Notes under the pieces: model-generated
The model's input: the letters and a program-made list of their open reading frames with translations, nothing else
The model's database searches: none
Told to the model about the DNA's origin: nothing
Shown here: positions 40,389 through 50,534 of the stretch, one piece after another
Position numbering within the stretch: the stretch's first letter is position 1
How the letters are laid out: the number at the start of each line of letters is the position of its first letter
Program-made: the position numbers and the translations under genes
Source: Acholeplasma sp.
GTDB lineage: Bacteria; Bacillota_I; Bacilli_A; Acholeplasmatales; UBA5453
Reading direction: 5' to 3'
Assembly: GCA_036677365.1 (NCBI GenBank)
Contig: JAVBWN010000012.1
Span: 64,001-128,000, forward strand
Length of the DNA stretch: 64,000 nt

Positions 40389-40646
40389 CTTATCAGAAAG
40401 GGGTAATTTTTCCTATCTGCCAATTTCCAGAACTCTAATTTGAATTGAAATCGGGGTTTTTAGAGGTCGAGTATTTTAGTGTTGCTTAACTATTTAACGA
40501 TTACCTAACAATCTACACGATTGTAAAAATATGAACATTAATTGATAAAAAATGATTACAACGTAGGATTGGATAAATTATAAACTATCTAATTTGATAA
40601 AATTGTGCTAAAATAGTGCATATGGTGTCCAAATCGAGGGAGTATT

Positions 40647-40838
40647 ATGAATTACGCATATTTAATAAAGAGATTACGAGAAAAACTTATATTATCACAA
40701 ACAGAGTTTGCTAAAATATTAGGTGTTTCTTTTACAACTGTATCAAGATGGGAAAAAGGAGTTCATGCCCCAACAATAAAGGTAAAAAGAAAAATAGTAG
40801 AGTTATGCAGAAATAATCAAATTGAGATGGAGGAATAG
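40647..40838 (+). CDS. XRE-family HTH regulator (possible R-M controller)
   Basis: IKRLREKLILSQTEFAKILGVSFTTVSRWEKG; 3 nt upstream of hsdM. Confidence 0.85.
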   Translation: MNYAYLIKRLREKLILSQTEFAKILGVSFTTVSRWEKGVHAPTIKVKRKIVELCRNNQIEMEE

Positions 40839-40841
40839 ACT

Positions 40842-42479
40842 ATGGCAAAAGCAGTAAAAAAACAGAAAGAAGCAACTTTGGAGCAGGTACTATGGAATTG
40901 CCGAGTCGCTCTTCGTGGTTTTGGTAGTTTTGAGAAGAATAGAGATTCTATTATTGGACTTGCTTTTTTGAAGTTTGCAAGTGACAAGTTTGATAAAAGA
41001 AGACAAGAGATTATTGCAGAACACGGAAATATTCCTGTATTTTTAGAAAAGGTGTCCTTTTATAATTCGCAAAATGTGTATTATTTAGAAGAACATTGCA
41101 GATGGAGTCATATTGTTAAAAATGCAGGTGCGAATGATATAGCGGTTATCTTGGATAAGGCTATGAAAGATATTGAAGACAAAAATCCACCTTTAAAAGG
41201 AACACTTCCACAAAATGTATATACTTCACTTGGTGCTGATAAAAATGCTATGAAATCTTTAATTGATGAGATCAATAAAATTAATGAAAAAAGATTCCAT
41301 GAAGAAGATTTAATTGGTAGAGTATATGAATACTTTCTTCAGAACTTTGCTGCATCTGCTAGCAAAGAAGATGGAGAATTTTATACACCTGCATGTGTGG
41401 TCCAGTTAATTGCTGAACTTATAGAGCCTTTTGATGGAATTGTTTATGATCCATGTTGCGGCTCTGGTGGCATGTTTGTACAATCAATGAAGTTTGTAGA
41501 TAATCATAAAGGAAATAGGAAAAAAGTCTCAATCGTTGGTCAAGAGAAAACTCCAGAAACATGGAGACTGGCTAAAATGAACTTAGCTATTAGGGGTATT
41601 GCACATAACCTAGGACAAAAGAATGCTTCAACATTTACTGAAGATCAGCATCAGGATTTGATAGCTCAATACATTATGGCTAATCCACCATTTAACCTTA
41701 AAAATTGGAGAGGTGAAGATGAGCTTTTGGATGATGCAAGATTTTATCAATACAAACCAGCTATACCTCCGAAATCAAACGCAAATTATGCATGGATTTT
41801 ACATATGCTCTCAAAACTTGATGTAGAAAAAGGAATTGCAGGGTTCTTGCTTGCAAATGGAGCACTAAATGCAGGTTCAAGTGGAGATGAAGATGATGAT
41901 GACAGTGGACAGGATCAATATCTTATCCGTAAAAAAATACTTGATAATGATAAAATTGAGGCCATAATTGTCCTACCAAGAGATATGTTCTATACTACTG
42001 ATATATCAGTTACATTATGGATTTTAAACAATAACAAAAAAGCAAGGACATTGAATGGCAGACAATTACGTAATCGAACTAATGAAGTTTTATTTATTGA
42101 TCTAAGAACATGGAATGAAAACATTGAAGAATATACAATAGATAAAGGAAAGAAAAAGAAAAAGACAATTTTATCGACAAAGCAAATTCAAAATGTTGTT
42201 AGAATTTATCGAGACTGGCAATCTGTTGATTGTGCTAATCCAAAAAAATACAACGTACCAGAACTTTATAGTTCCGTTTATTTAAGTCAAATTCAAGAAA
42301 AAAATTACAGTTTAATACCAAGTGAATATATCGAATTCATAGACCATGATTTAGAGATTGATTTTGAGCAAGAGATGAAAAGAATTCAAAAAGAAATGAA
42401 AGAGATTCTAGAACAAGAAAAGAAATCTCAAAAATTGCTTGAGGATGCATTTGAAGGTATAGGATATGGCATTAAATAA
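40842..42479 (+). CDS. hsdM: Type I R-M methyltransferase subunit
   Basis: GEFYTP, YDPCCGSGGMF, ANPPFN, NANYAWI. Confidence 0.95.
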   Translation: MAKAVKKQKEATLEQVLWNCRVALRGFGSFEKNRDSIIGLAFLKFASDKFDKRRQEIIAEHGNIPVFLEKVSFYNSQNVYYLEEHCRWSHIVKNAGANDIAVILDKAMKDIEDKNPPLKGTLPQNVYTSLGADKNAMKSLIDEINKINEKRFHEEDLIGRVYEYFLQNFAASASKEDGEFYTPACVVQLIAELIEPFDGIVYDPCCGSGGMFVQSMKFVDNHKGNRKKVSIVGQEKTPETWRLAKMNLAIRGIAHNLGQKNASTFTEDQHQDLIAQYIMANPPFNLKNWRGEDELLDDARFYQYKPAIPPKSNANYAWILHMLSKLDVEKGIAGFLLANGALNAGSSGDEDDDDSGQDQYLIRKKILDNDKIEAIIVLPRDMFYTTDISVTLWILNNNKKARTLNGRQLRNRTNEVLFIDLRTWNENIEEYTIDKGKKKKKTILSTKQIQNVVRIYRDWQSVDCANPKKYNVPELYSSVYLSQIQEKNYSLIPSEYIEFIDHDLEIDFEQEMKRIQKEMKEILEQEKKSQKLLEDAFEGIGYGIK

Positions 42480-43587
42480 GTATAAATTAGGTGAATTAGT
42501 AGAAAAAACAGATGAAAGGAACACGAATTTAAGTTTTGGCATTGTCGATGTTAAGGGTATGACTATATCTAAAGAAATTATCTCTACTAAAGCTAATGTT
42601 GATCAAATAGATCTAAGTAAGTTTAAGATTGTTCATCCAAATGAATTTATTTATAACCCTAGAACCCATGGAAAGAAGATTGGTTTAGGATATAATGATA
42701 CAAAAAAATCGTTTATAATTAGCTGGAATAATATTGCCTTTAGAATAAAGGATGAAGCATCAAACAAGGTGCTTCCTAGTTATCTTTACATGCACTTCAT
42801 TCGTTTAGAATGGGACAGAGAAGCCACCTATAGATCATGGGGAAGTTCAACTGAAGTATTTTCATGGGATGCTTTATGTTCGATGGAGTATGAATTCCCA
42901 GAAATAAGTGTTCAGCAAAAATATGTTGATATATATAATGCTTTACTCAAAAATCAAATGGCCTATGAAGCAGGATTGGAAGATCTCAAGCTTGTTTGTG
43001 ATGCATGCATAGAAGACTTAAGAAAAAATATACCTTTAAGAACAATCGAACCATTTGTACATAGGATTGATGTGAGAAATGGTAGAGAAGGATCAAAAAA
43101 TGTCATGGGAGTTAGTACGACAAAAGAATTTCGTGAGCCTACTTCAAAAGTCAATAAAGAAAATCTTAACAATTATAAAGTAGTGAAACCAAGACAAATT
43201 TCCTTCGTTCAAACAACACACAACGAAAAGGTGTTTTGTAATGCCTTAAATAATACAAATGAACCTATAGTAGTAACTTCTGTAAACGAAGTAATCGAAT
43301 GCGACGAGAGATATTTATTACCAGAGTTTTTGGTTATGTTTTTTAATCGAACTGAATTCGATAGATATGCAAGATTTCATTCATGGGGATCAGCAAGAGA
43401 AACCTTTACATGGAATGACTTAGTTAGAGTTAAGATACCTATTCCTAGAATTAGTATTCAAGAATCTATAGTAAATATTTTCACAGCATATAGACTACGC
43501 AAACAAACTAATGAAAAATTCAAATTTTTAATCAGAAATATTTCCCCAATTTTAATTAAGGGATCAATAGAAGAAGCAAGATTATAG
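42466..43587 (+). CDS. hsdS: Type I R-M specificity subunit
   Basis: Two TRD/conserved-helix halves (FPEISVQQKYV; IPIPRISIQESIV); lies between hsdM and hsdR. Confidence 0.9.
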   Translation: MALNKYKLGELVEKTDERNTNLSFGIVDVKGMTISKEIISTKANVDQIDLSKFKIVHPNEFIYNPRTHGKKIGLGYNDTKKSFIISWNNIAFRIKDEASNKVLPSYLYMHFIRLEWDREATYRSWGSSTEVFSWDALCSMEYEFPEISVQQKYVDIYNALLKNQMAYEAGLEDLKLVCDACIEDLRKNIPLRTIEPFVHRIDVRNGREGSKNVMGVSTTKEFREPTSKVNKENLNNYKVVKPRQISFVQTTHNEKVFCNALNNTNEPIVVTSVNEVIECDERYLLPEFLVMFFNRTEFDRYARFHSWGSARETFTWNDLVRVKIPIPRISIQESIVNIFTAYRLRKQTNEKFKFLIRNISPILIKGSIEEARL

Positions 43588-43598
43588 GAGGTATCCAA

Positions 43599-46500
43599 AT
43601 GGATTCTGTGCTTGAAAAAGGTAAATTTTCTGAAGATGAGCTAGAATATGCTTTTATAGAATTATTCGAGCAATTAGGTTATGAATATCTTCTTGGTGAA
43701 TCAATCCATAGACATTTTAAGGATGTCCTACTTTATAATGATCTTAAGACTTATTTAAAATGCAGATATACTGATATTACTGACAATGAGATTGAAAGAG
43801 CAATCAGTCTATTTGAAAATATTTCATCCTTCCCTTTGTACGATGGTAATCGTGCTACTTATAAGATGATAACTGAGGGGTATGATTTAGTCAGAGATGA
43901 CGTATCTAAAACTGCACTTCATATCGATTACATCGATTTTGATAAAGATCATAACAATAATATTTACAAGATTATAAATCAGTACACTGTTGAAGATTTA
44001 CATAATCGTAGACCTGACTTACTGGTTTTTATCAATGGTATTCCTATTGTTATTTTTGAGTTCAAAACTGCTATTGAAGAGGACAAAACTATTCATGATG
44101 CATGGAAGCAAATACATGTAAGATATTCAAGAGATATCCCTAACTTATTGAAATATTGTACAATTTCAATCATTAGCGATGGTGCAAACACAAAACTTGG
44201 TACTATTTTTACACCTTATCAGTTTTACTATTCTTGGAACAAAATAAATGAAGAAGATAAGGTTTCAAATGGGATAAACTCTTTATATACTCTAATGCAT
44301 GGTGTTTTTGCTAAAGATCGATTATTATCGATTTTAAGAGATTTTATTTTCTTTCCTGATGACAGTAAAAAAGAAGAAGCGATTATTTGTAGATATCCTC
44401 AATATTTTGCATCCATGAAAATGCTTAAAAGCATAAAAATGCATAAAAAACCTGAAGGCGATGGCAAAGGTGGTATTTATTTTGGAGCAACAGGCAGTGG
44501 GAAAACTTATTCAATGTTATTTCTTACTCGTCAATTGATGCTGAGAGAAAAAAATGTCTTTCAAAACCCTACTATCATATTAATTACTGATAGAGAGGAT
44601 CTAGACTCACAAGCATCAAAATTATTTGTCACTGCAAAAAAATATTTTCATGATAATAATGTTAGAAGCATTGAAAGTCGACAGGATTTACAGGATACAT
44701 TAACCAGTCAAGAAAGTGGTGGTGTATATATAACAACAATTCAGAAATTCTGCGAGAGTACAGGGCTCCTTTCGAATAGAAGCAATATAATATGCATATC
44801 AGATGAAGTTCATAGATCAAATACAGGTGTAGGAGCTAAACTTAAGAAAACTGAGAACGGTATATACACTTCGTATGGATATGCGCATTATTTACGAGAA
44901 AGTCTTCCAAATGCCGTTTACTGTGGGTTTACAGGAACACCTATAGATGAAGCAATAACAGTATTTGGGAAAGTTGTTGATAGTTATACGATGAAAGAAT
45001 CTAGTGATGATGGTATTACAGTACGAATTGCATATGAGCCAAGACTTGCTAGAGTTCTTCTATCTGATAAAGATGCAAAAGATATTGAAAAATACTATAA
45101 AGAATGTGCAGAACAAGGGTCGAATCCTGAGCAAATTGAAGAAAGCAAGAGAGCCATGAGCAGGATGACGACAATTCTAGGACATCCTGATAGAATAAAG
45201 AAATTAGCAAAAGATATTGTTGTACATTATGAATCAATATGTAACGAAAAACCAGAAATTGTTCAAAAAGCAATGATTGTATGCTCTGATAGAACAATAG
45301 CTTTAAAGGTCTATAAAGAAATCACTTCAATTAGACATGATTGGCTTATTGCTAAAAAAACTGAAAATCCAAGTAGATATACGAGTGAAGAACTTGAAAT
45401 GCTAGTTGAAGTCCCTAAAATCAATCTCGTGGCTACACGTGGCGATAATGATGAAAAAGAATTATACGACTTGTGCGGCACCAAAGATTATCACAAGTTT
45501 CTTGATGATCAATTCAAAAATACTGATTCGAATTTCAAAATTGCAATTGTTGTAGATATGTGGATTACTGGTTTTGATGTACCTTCTTTAGCGGTGATGT
45601 ATATAGATAAGCCACTTCAAAAACATACATTGATTCAAACTATTTCACGTGTAAATCGTGTTTTTGAAGGAAAAGACAAAGGGTTAATTGTTGATTACAT
45701 TGGAATAAAAGATGAAATGATGGAAGCCATCAAAATATATGGTGGCCCACAAGAAAGCCCTATAGATGAGATTAATATATCAGTTGGTATTTTTAGAAAC
45801 CATCTTAAAATCATTGACGACATTATGATTAACTTCAATGCTACCGATTTTTATGCGGGCAGTCCATTAAAAAGGTTACATTGTCTTAATCGAGCAGCTG
45901 AATTTGTACAAACATCAAAAGAGATTGAAACAAGATTTATGGGGCTTACACGAAAACTTAAAGCGGCATATAACATAATATCCCCATCGGGAGAAGTAAC
46001 CGATCAAGAAATAACCAGAGCGCAGTTCTATTTAGCAATTAGATCAATAATTTATAAACAAACAATAGGAAATGCTCCAGATGCAGAAATCATGAACCAG
46101 ATTGTTGAAGAGATGGTTAAAAATGCTATTTCAGTGACTGGTATTGAAAATATTACTGATGAGAACAAGTCTATAGACTTATTTAGTGAGGTATTTTTAA
46201 AGCAGATAAATTCACTTAAGATGCCTATTACTAAGTTTAACGCTTTAATGAAGTTGTTAAAGCGAGCCATATCTAATTATGGGAAGGTAAACAAGGTAAA
46301 ATCTCTCGAATTTGATGAAAGATTGAGGAGAGTTGTTGAGGCGTATAACACTAGAGACAAATTAGTCTTTACTAGTGAAGTCGTCGCTGATTTTGTGAAT
46401 GATTTATCGAACGAACTTATCAAAATATTCCAAGATTTAAATGAAGATAAGACATCATTCGAGAAAATGGGTATAAGCTATGAAGAAAAAGCATTCTACG

Positions 46501-46760
46501 ATATATTGGTGAAAGTTAGAGATGTACATCAGTTTGTTTTTGAAGATGAAAAATGTATTAATCTTGCAAAGAAGATTAAAGAATTAGTTGATGATAAACT
46601 TCAATATGCTGACTTTTTTAATCGGGCTGACATTAAGAACCAACTCAATATGGATTTAACTATTATCTTGTATAAAAATGGATATCCACCTGAGTGGGAT
46701 GAAGAAGTTTTTGAAAAAGTTATGCAACAAGCAGAGAATTTTAAAAAGTATATAGTTTAA
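43599..46760 (+). CDS. hsdR: Type I R-M restriction subunit
   Basis: RRPDLLVFINGIPIVIFEFK, ATGSGKT, TIQKF, DEVHR, FTGTP, MWITGFD, QTISRVNR. Confidence 0.95.
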   Translation: MDSVLEKGKFSEDELEYAFIELFEQLGYEYLLGESIHRHFKDVLLYNDLKTYLKCRYTDITDNEIERAISLFENISSFPLYDGNRATYKMITEGYDLVRDDVSKTALHIDYIDFDKDHNNNIYKIINQYTVEDLHNRRPDLLVFINGIPIVIFEFKTAIEEDKTIHDAWKQIHVRYSRDIPNLLKYCTISIISDGANTKLGTIFTPYQFYYSWNKINEEDKVSNGINSLYTLMHGVFAKDRLLSILRDFIFFPDDSKKEEAIICRYPQYFASMKMLKSIKMHKKPEGDGKGGIYFGATGSGKTYSMLFLTRQLMLREKNVFQNPTIILITDREDLDSQASKLFVTAKKYFHDNNVRSIESRQDLQDTLTSQESGGVYITTIQKFCESTGLLSNRSNIICISDEVHRSNTGVGAKLKKTENGIYTSYGYAHYLRESLPNAVYCGFTGTPIDEAITVFGKVVDSYTMKESSDDGITVRIAYEPRLARVLLSDKDAKDIEKYYKECAEQGSNPEQIEESKRAMSRMTTILGHPDRIKKLAKDIVVHYESICNEKPEIVQKAMIVCSDRTIALKVYKEITSIRHDWLIAKKTENPSRYTSEELEMLVEVPKINLVATRGDNDEKELYDLCGTKDYHKFLDDQFKNTDSNFKIAIVVDMWITGFDVPSLAVMYIDKPLQKHTLIQTISRVNRVFEGKDKGLIVDYIGIKDEMMEAIKIYGGPQESPIDEINISVGIFRNHLKIIDDIMINFNATDFYAGSPLKRLHCLNRAAEFVQTSKEIETRFMGLTRKLKAAYNIISPSGEVTDQEITRAQFYLAIRSIIYKQTIGNAPDAEIMNQIVEEMVKNAISVTGIENITDENKSIDLFSEVFLKQINSLKMPITKFNALMKLLKRAISNYGKVNKVKSLEFDERLRRVVEAYNTRDKLVFTSEVVADFVNDLSNELIKIFQDLNEDKTSFEKMGISYEEKAFYDILVKVRDVHQFVFEDEKCINLAKKIKELVDDKLQYADFFNRADIKNQLNMDLTIILYKNGYPPEWDEEVFEKVMQQAENFKKYIV

Positions 46761-46769
46761 AAAGAATGC

Positions 46770-46800
46770 GCGACTGGACATTATGTTTAGTCGCTTTTTT
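46770..46800 (+). terminator. Intrinsic terminator after hsdR
   Basis: GCGACTGGACA-TTA-TGTTTAGTCGC hairpin plus TTTTTT. Confidence 0.7.
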
Positions 46801-46963
46801 GTATAATTTTACTAAATACCCGAACTTTTACCCTTTTTTTGCGGACTTAGATTTGTAGGAGAATAAATTCTTTTCAATGCTACCGGCAAAACAAACTATA
46901 TCTTGCCATTTAAATATAGAAGGGAATGGAACAACTTACAAATTAAGGAAAGAGGTATTTACA

Positions 46964-48046
46964 ATGGATAAGAATAAAAAGAGTTCTATTGAGTGGGAAG
47001 ATGATGAAGACGATGGTCTACCAAGAATAGTTTCGGTTGCAGAATTTTTGGATAATCCATCTAAACTGCCTGAAGAAGTTATTGAAAGCGTTGTGCGTCA
47101 AGGACACAAAATGATGATCTCAGGTGCTTCAAAGTCTGGTAAAAGTTTTTTATTGATTGAATTGGCTATTGCACTAGCAGAGGGAACAAAGTGGCTTGGG
47201 TTTCAATGTAGAAAATCTAAGGTAATGTACATTAACTTGGAGATCGATCGCAATAGTCTTATTCATCGGTTTATTGACATCTATCAAGCGTTAGGTATCA
47301 AACCGAAGAACGCACATTGTATTTCCATTTGGAATTTAAGGGGATCCTCCAAACCACTCGATGACTTAATACCAGAACTTATCCAAAAAACAACTCTCAC
47401 AGGTGCTGATGTGGTTATTTTAGATCCTATCTTCAAAGTGATGATGGGTGATGAGAACAATGCAACCGATATGGCCAATTTAACCAATCTCTTTGACAAG
47501 ATTTGTTATGAGACTGGATGTACATTTGTCTATAGTCATCACCACTCCAAAGGAGCTCAAGGTTTCAAAAAATCAATGGATCGTGCATCTGGATCTGGTG
47601 TTTTTGCTAGAGATGCTGATGCCCAGGTGGATATGATTCAACTCAATCTTGTTGAAGTTTCATCACGTCATAACCCAGAAGAATCATCAGCGACTGCTTG
47701 GCGACTAGAAAGTAGTCTAAGAGAATTTCGAAGCTTTAACCCCGTTAACATATGGTTTGATTATCCAATACATAGAGTGGATGAAGCGGGAAAACTTAAG
47801 AAGAATTATGCTGATGGAGATCCGAGAGCTAACCTTACCAGAAGTTATAAACGAAATCAGACGACTGATTCGCGTAAAGAGGAATTTGATAAAGCATTTG
47901 ATACCAATAAGAGGAAAGATGGAACCTGTTTTGCCTTTGTACTTGCAGAGTATTTAGGGATTGCTGAAAGAACTTTTAGAGATCGAGTCATAGAATTCAG
48001 TGATGATTATGTCAATAAAAAAGGTATCGTATCACGTAAAAAGTGA
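46964..48046 (+). CDS. AAA_25 / RepA-like SF4 helicase of phage or mobile-element type, with C-terminal HTH
   Basis: GASKSGKS, YINLE, ILDP, HHHSKG, RASGSG..ARDAD; C-terminal LAEYLGIAERT; GAGG RBS before ATG 46964. Confidence 0.8.
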   Translation: MDKNKKSSIEWEDDEDDGLPRIVSVAEFLDNPSKLPEEVIESVVRQGHKMMISGASKSGKSFLLIELAIALAEGTKWLGFQCRKSKVMYINLEIDRNSLIHRFIDIYQALGIKPKNAHCISIWNLRGSSKPLDDLIPELIQKTTLTGADVVILDPIFKVMMGDENNATDMANLTNLFDKICYETGCTFVYSHHHSKGAQGFKKSMDRASGSGVFARDADAQVDMIQLNLVEVSSRHNPEESSATAWRLESSLREFRSFNPVNIWFDYPIHRVDEAGKLKKNYADGDPRANLTRSYKRNQTTDSRKEEFDKAFDTNKRKDGTCFAFVLAEYLGIAERTFRDRVIEFSDDYVNKKGIVSRKK

Positions 48047-48149
48047 AGTTGGAAGATAGGGAGAAATGAAATTTCGTCACGATTTCCTGAATTTGGCAGA
48101 AAGGATAAAAACACCTATCTTCCAACTACCAAAAAAACTGGCGGATAGG
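48047..48149. repeat. Iteron-like TTGG(C/A)AGATAGG repeats, including a perfect 14-bp inverted pair
   Basis: AGTTGGAAGATAGG 48047-48060 and its reverse complement CCTATCTTCCAACT 48114-48127; TTGGCAGAAAGG 48093-48104; TGGCGGATAGG 48139-48149. Confidence 0.65.
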
Positions 48150-48310
48150 CCTTATATAGTTGGATGTAACCAACACGCTAACGCATGTTTGTAGGATAGG
48201 GCTTGAAAGCCTGCCCTATCCCAAACAATGCATTATCGTTAGCACTCACCTTTCTTCCAAAGAAAAAACCAGAAAAAGTAAAAAACTGGTTAGCAATTAC
48301 AATTATTTCT
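48145..48310 (+). repeat. Copy 1 of a diverged ~160-nt direct repeat containing a long hairpin
   Basis: Hairpin GCTAACG...GGATAGGGC...GCCCTATCC...CGTTAGC (48177-48243); shares blocks with 49735-49892. Confidence 0.6.
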
Positions 48311-48422
48311 GTGAGTTTCATTAAATAGAGTTATGATAATCATCCCAAGCTAATAAATCCAAAATAACCTAATTAAAGTAATCATTGTTTGATATAATGT
48401 TTATAAAAGTGGGTGGTAGAGT

Positions 48423-48953
48423 ATGATAAAATTTCTAGATTATGTTGGAGATAAGGAGCAATTTGAAACGAAACTTATAAACTCTTGTAAAGATGGACTA
48501 AAGGCGAAAACGAAATTGATATATATTAAAAAACCTATAATAGAAGACAATAAATATGTCCTAAATTGCGAACAAAGTGAAATTATTGTCAATGATGAAT
48601 GTTCAATCAGTGGTAAGAGTAATGGCTATGTTTATGCAATATTTGATAAAGATGAGAAATTTTTATATATTGGAAGTACTCAAAAATTAAAAGAACGACT
48701 AAAACAACATTTGATTGCAAATCCAAGCTTTCATGTTGATAAGGAAAAAGCTAAAACATCAAGTAAAACTCATTCAAAGATTAATAAAGTTTTCGAACAT
48801 TTAAAAAATCTCTCTCTCAAGGAAAACAGAGTTCTCATGTATGGATACTTTAAAGTTGAACCGTGGTATTATTACACAGCAATTGAAAGTCTCCTAATTG
48901 AGAAAGTTCCTACAGCCTGGAACGATAGGGGAACCCCCCCAACTGGAGAATAG
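48423..48953 (+). CDS. GIY-YIG nuclease
   Basis: GYVYAIFD...FLYIGSTQKLKERLKQH...IESLLI...WN. Confidence 0.75.
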   Translation: MIKFLDYVGDKEQFETKLINSCKDGLKAKTKLIYIKKPIIEDNKYVLNCEQSEIIVNDECSISGKSNGYVYAIFDKDEKFLYIGSTQKLKERLKQHLIANPSFHVDKEKAKTSSKTHSKINKVFEHLKNLSLKENRVLMYGYFKVEPWYYYTAIESLLIEKVPTAWNDRGTPPTGE

Positions 48954-49155
48954 TTATGTATGTGGGTACCGACCGACGTCTATTTCATTTATTAGATAAT
49001 TTTTTGAGAAAATCTGGATATTTGAACTGGTAACATAAAAGTAGACATCACCAGAATTATAAAAAGATATTAATGATTTGTAATGTATTCAAAGAGGTTG
49101 CTATGAAATACGCTAATGTACAACGAATAGACCTGTAAAAAAAATCTATCCATGA

Positions 49156-49404
49156 GTGATCAATGTCGTAGAAACACCTGAGCAGTATGATATCAATAAT
49201 TTACCTTTGGTAAACGTCGATAGTGAAATACAAAATAGCAGTATTAAATCGAAGCATGCTACCCTAGATGAACTCGGGAGATTATCAAAACAACAGTTAA
49301 TCATGGAGGTCATTAAAGCAAGTATTGAGGCTGAAAGAGAAAAAAGGCATCGCAATAACAAAAACTTAGAAGTTAAAAATACGGGAGGATATAAATATGA
49401 TTAA
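49156..49404 (+). CDS. Small hypothetical protein (possible remnant)
   Basis: 82-aa ORF overlapping the next gene. Confidence 0.35.
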   Translation: MINVVETPEQYDINNLPLVNVDSEIQNSSIKSKHATLDELGRLSKQQLIMEVIKASIEAEREKRHRNNKNLEVKNTGGYKYD

Positions 49405-49717
49405 AAACAATAAACCATTTACAAATGAAAATGGTTGGGAAGATAGCGAACTAATCAGTGACCTATCATTAGAAAAGCAAGAGATTGTTTTGAACTGGAT
49501 AAAAAGTGGATTTATTCCAAGAAAAACAGAGAATCGCTCTCACTCAAGTTATGGTTTGAAACATTATCTGCAAGATGAAACAGGTATTTATCTTACGAAC
49601 AATCAATTTAAAGATGCTATGATGATTTGTGGATTCTATACTAAAGATCCTAACAAACTCAATTGGCACTATGGTATCAGTGAGAAATCACCAGTTTTTT
49701 TGAGAAATAAAAATTAA
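49397..49717 (+). CDS. Small phage/MGE-type hypothetical protein
   Basis: GGAGG RBS; SSYGLKH...YLTNNQFKDAM..CGF motif, which I recall from small phage proteins. Confidence 0.6.
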   Translation: MIKNNKPFTNENGWEDSELISDLSLEKQEIVLNWIKSGFIPRKTENRSHSSYGLKHYLQDETGIYLTNNQFKDAMMICGFYTKDPNKLNWHYGISEKSPVFLRNKN

Positions 49718-49734
49718 AAACACACTGTTATAAA

Positions 49735-49892
49735 AGCCGTATACATAATTGTTATCAGCAAACACAGACGAATTATTGTAGATTTGGGCTGATAACCTTT
49801 CCTTATCACATACACATGCATCAACGTCAGCACTACCTTTCTTCACAAAAAATTCAAAAAAGTAAAAACCGGGTTGCAATTACCATTAATTT
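49735..49892 (+). repeat. Copy 2 (diverged) of the ~160-nt direct repeat
   Basis: CCTTATCACATACACATGCATCAACGTCAGCACTACCTTTCTTC vs CCCTATCCCAAACAATGCATTATCGTTAGCACTCACCTTTCTTC; AAAAAGTAAAAACCGGGTTGCAATTACCATTAATTT vs AAAAAGTAAAAAACTGGTTAGCAATTACAATTATTT. Confidence 0.6.
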
Positions 49893-49968
49893 AGTTCGTT
49901 TCAAATTCTTAAACACCAATCATTAAGTATCGATCATTTGGTATAATTGAATCAAGTGAGGTGGCAAA

Positions 49969-50387
49969 ATGCACATTTGGTTAAAAGAAGAAAAAATCTA
50001 TTAGTACTGATGCATGACCTCTCTCAATTTACACTAGTTTTCTATGGAGTTAAGTAAAGCTACTTAAAAGAGTTTGATCAAATGATTAGTGTTGCAATGG
50101 CAAATAGTATGATGGATGTTGGATTCATACCTGAAAAAATCAGTGCATATCTTAATCATCAACTAGAAGCAATGACATTTAGTAAAACAAAAAGTAGAAC
50201 CTTGGTAACCAAATTAAATAAGGCTGTTTAAATGAAAGATCATGTATTAAGCACTGATGATTTTCATGAAGATGCTATTGAACAACGCCATGCAAGTTTA
50301 TTTAACAATCAGCTGCTCGTTTGCGAAGACAAGAATAAAATTTGTTATTATCCAAAAGAAAAACTGCGAGAATATATCGAAATTTAA
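49969..50387 (+). pseudogene. Degraded DUF6933-like (pRiA4b ORF-3 N-terminal type) gene
   Basis: GAGGTG RBS plus ATG; broken frames read RRKNLLVLMHDLSQFTLVFYGVK* and MTFSKTKSRTLVTKLNKAV*, with stops and frameshifts. Confidence 0.45.
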
Positions 50388-50534
50388 GATGTTGTAGACA
50401 CTAAAATGTCACCAACATCTTTTTTCCTCTTTCGAAAAGTTCAAATTCGTTTTAAGACTAGGTTTTTATTTAACGATTTTCATGTTACTATTAAAGTGGA
50501 TTAAACAATATAATAGGACTTGAGGACAATTCAA

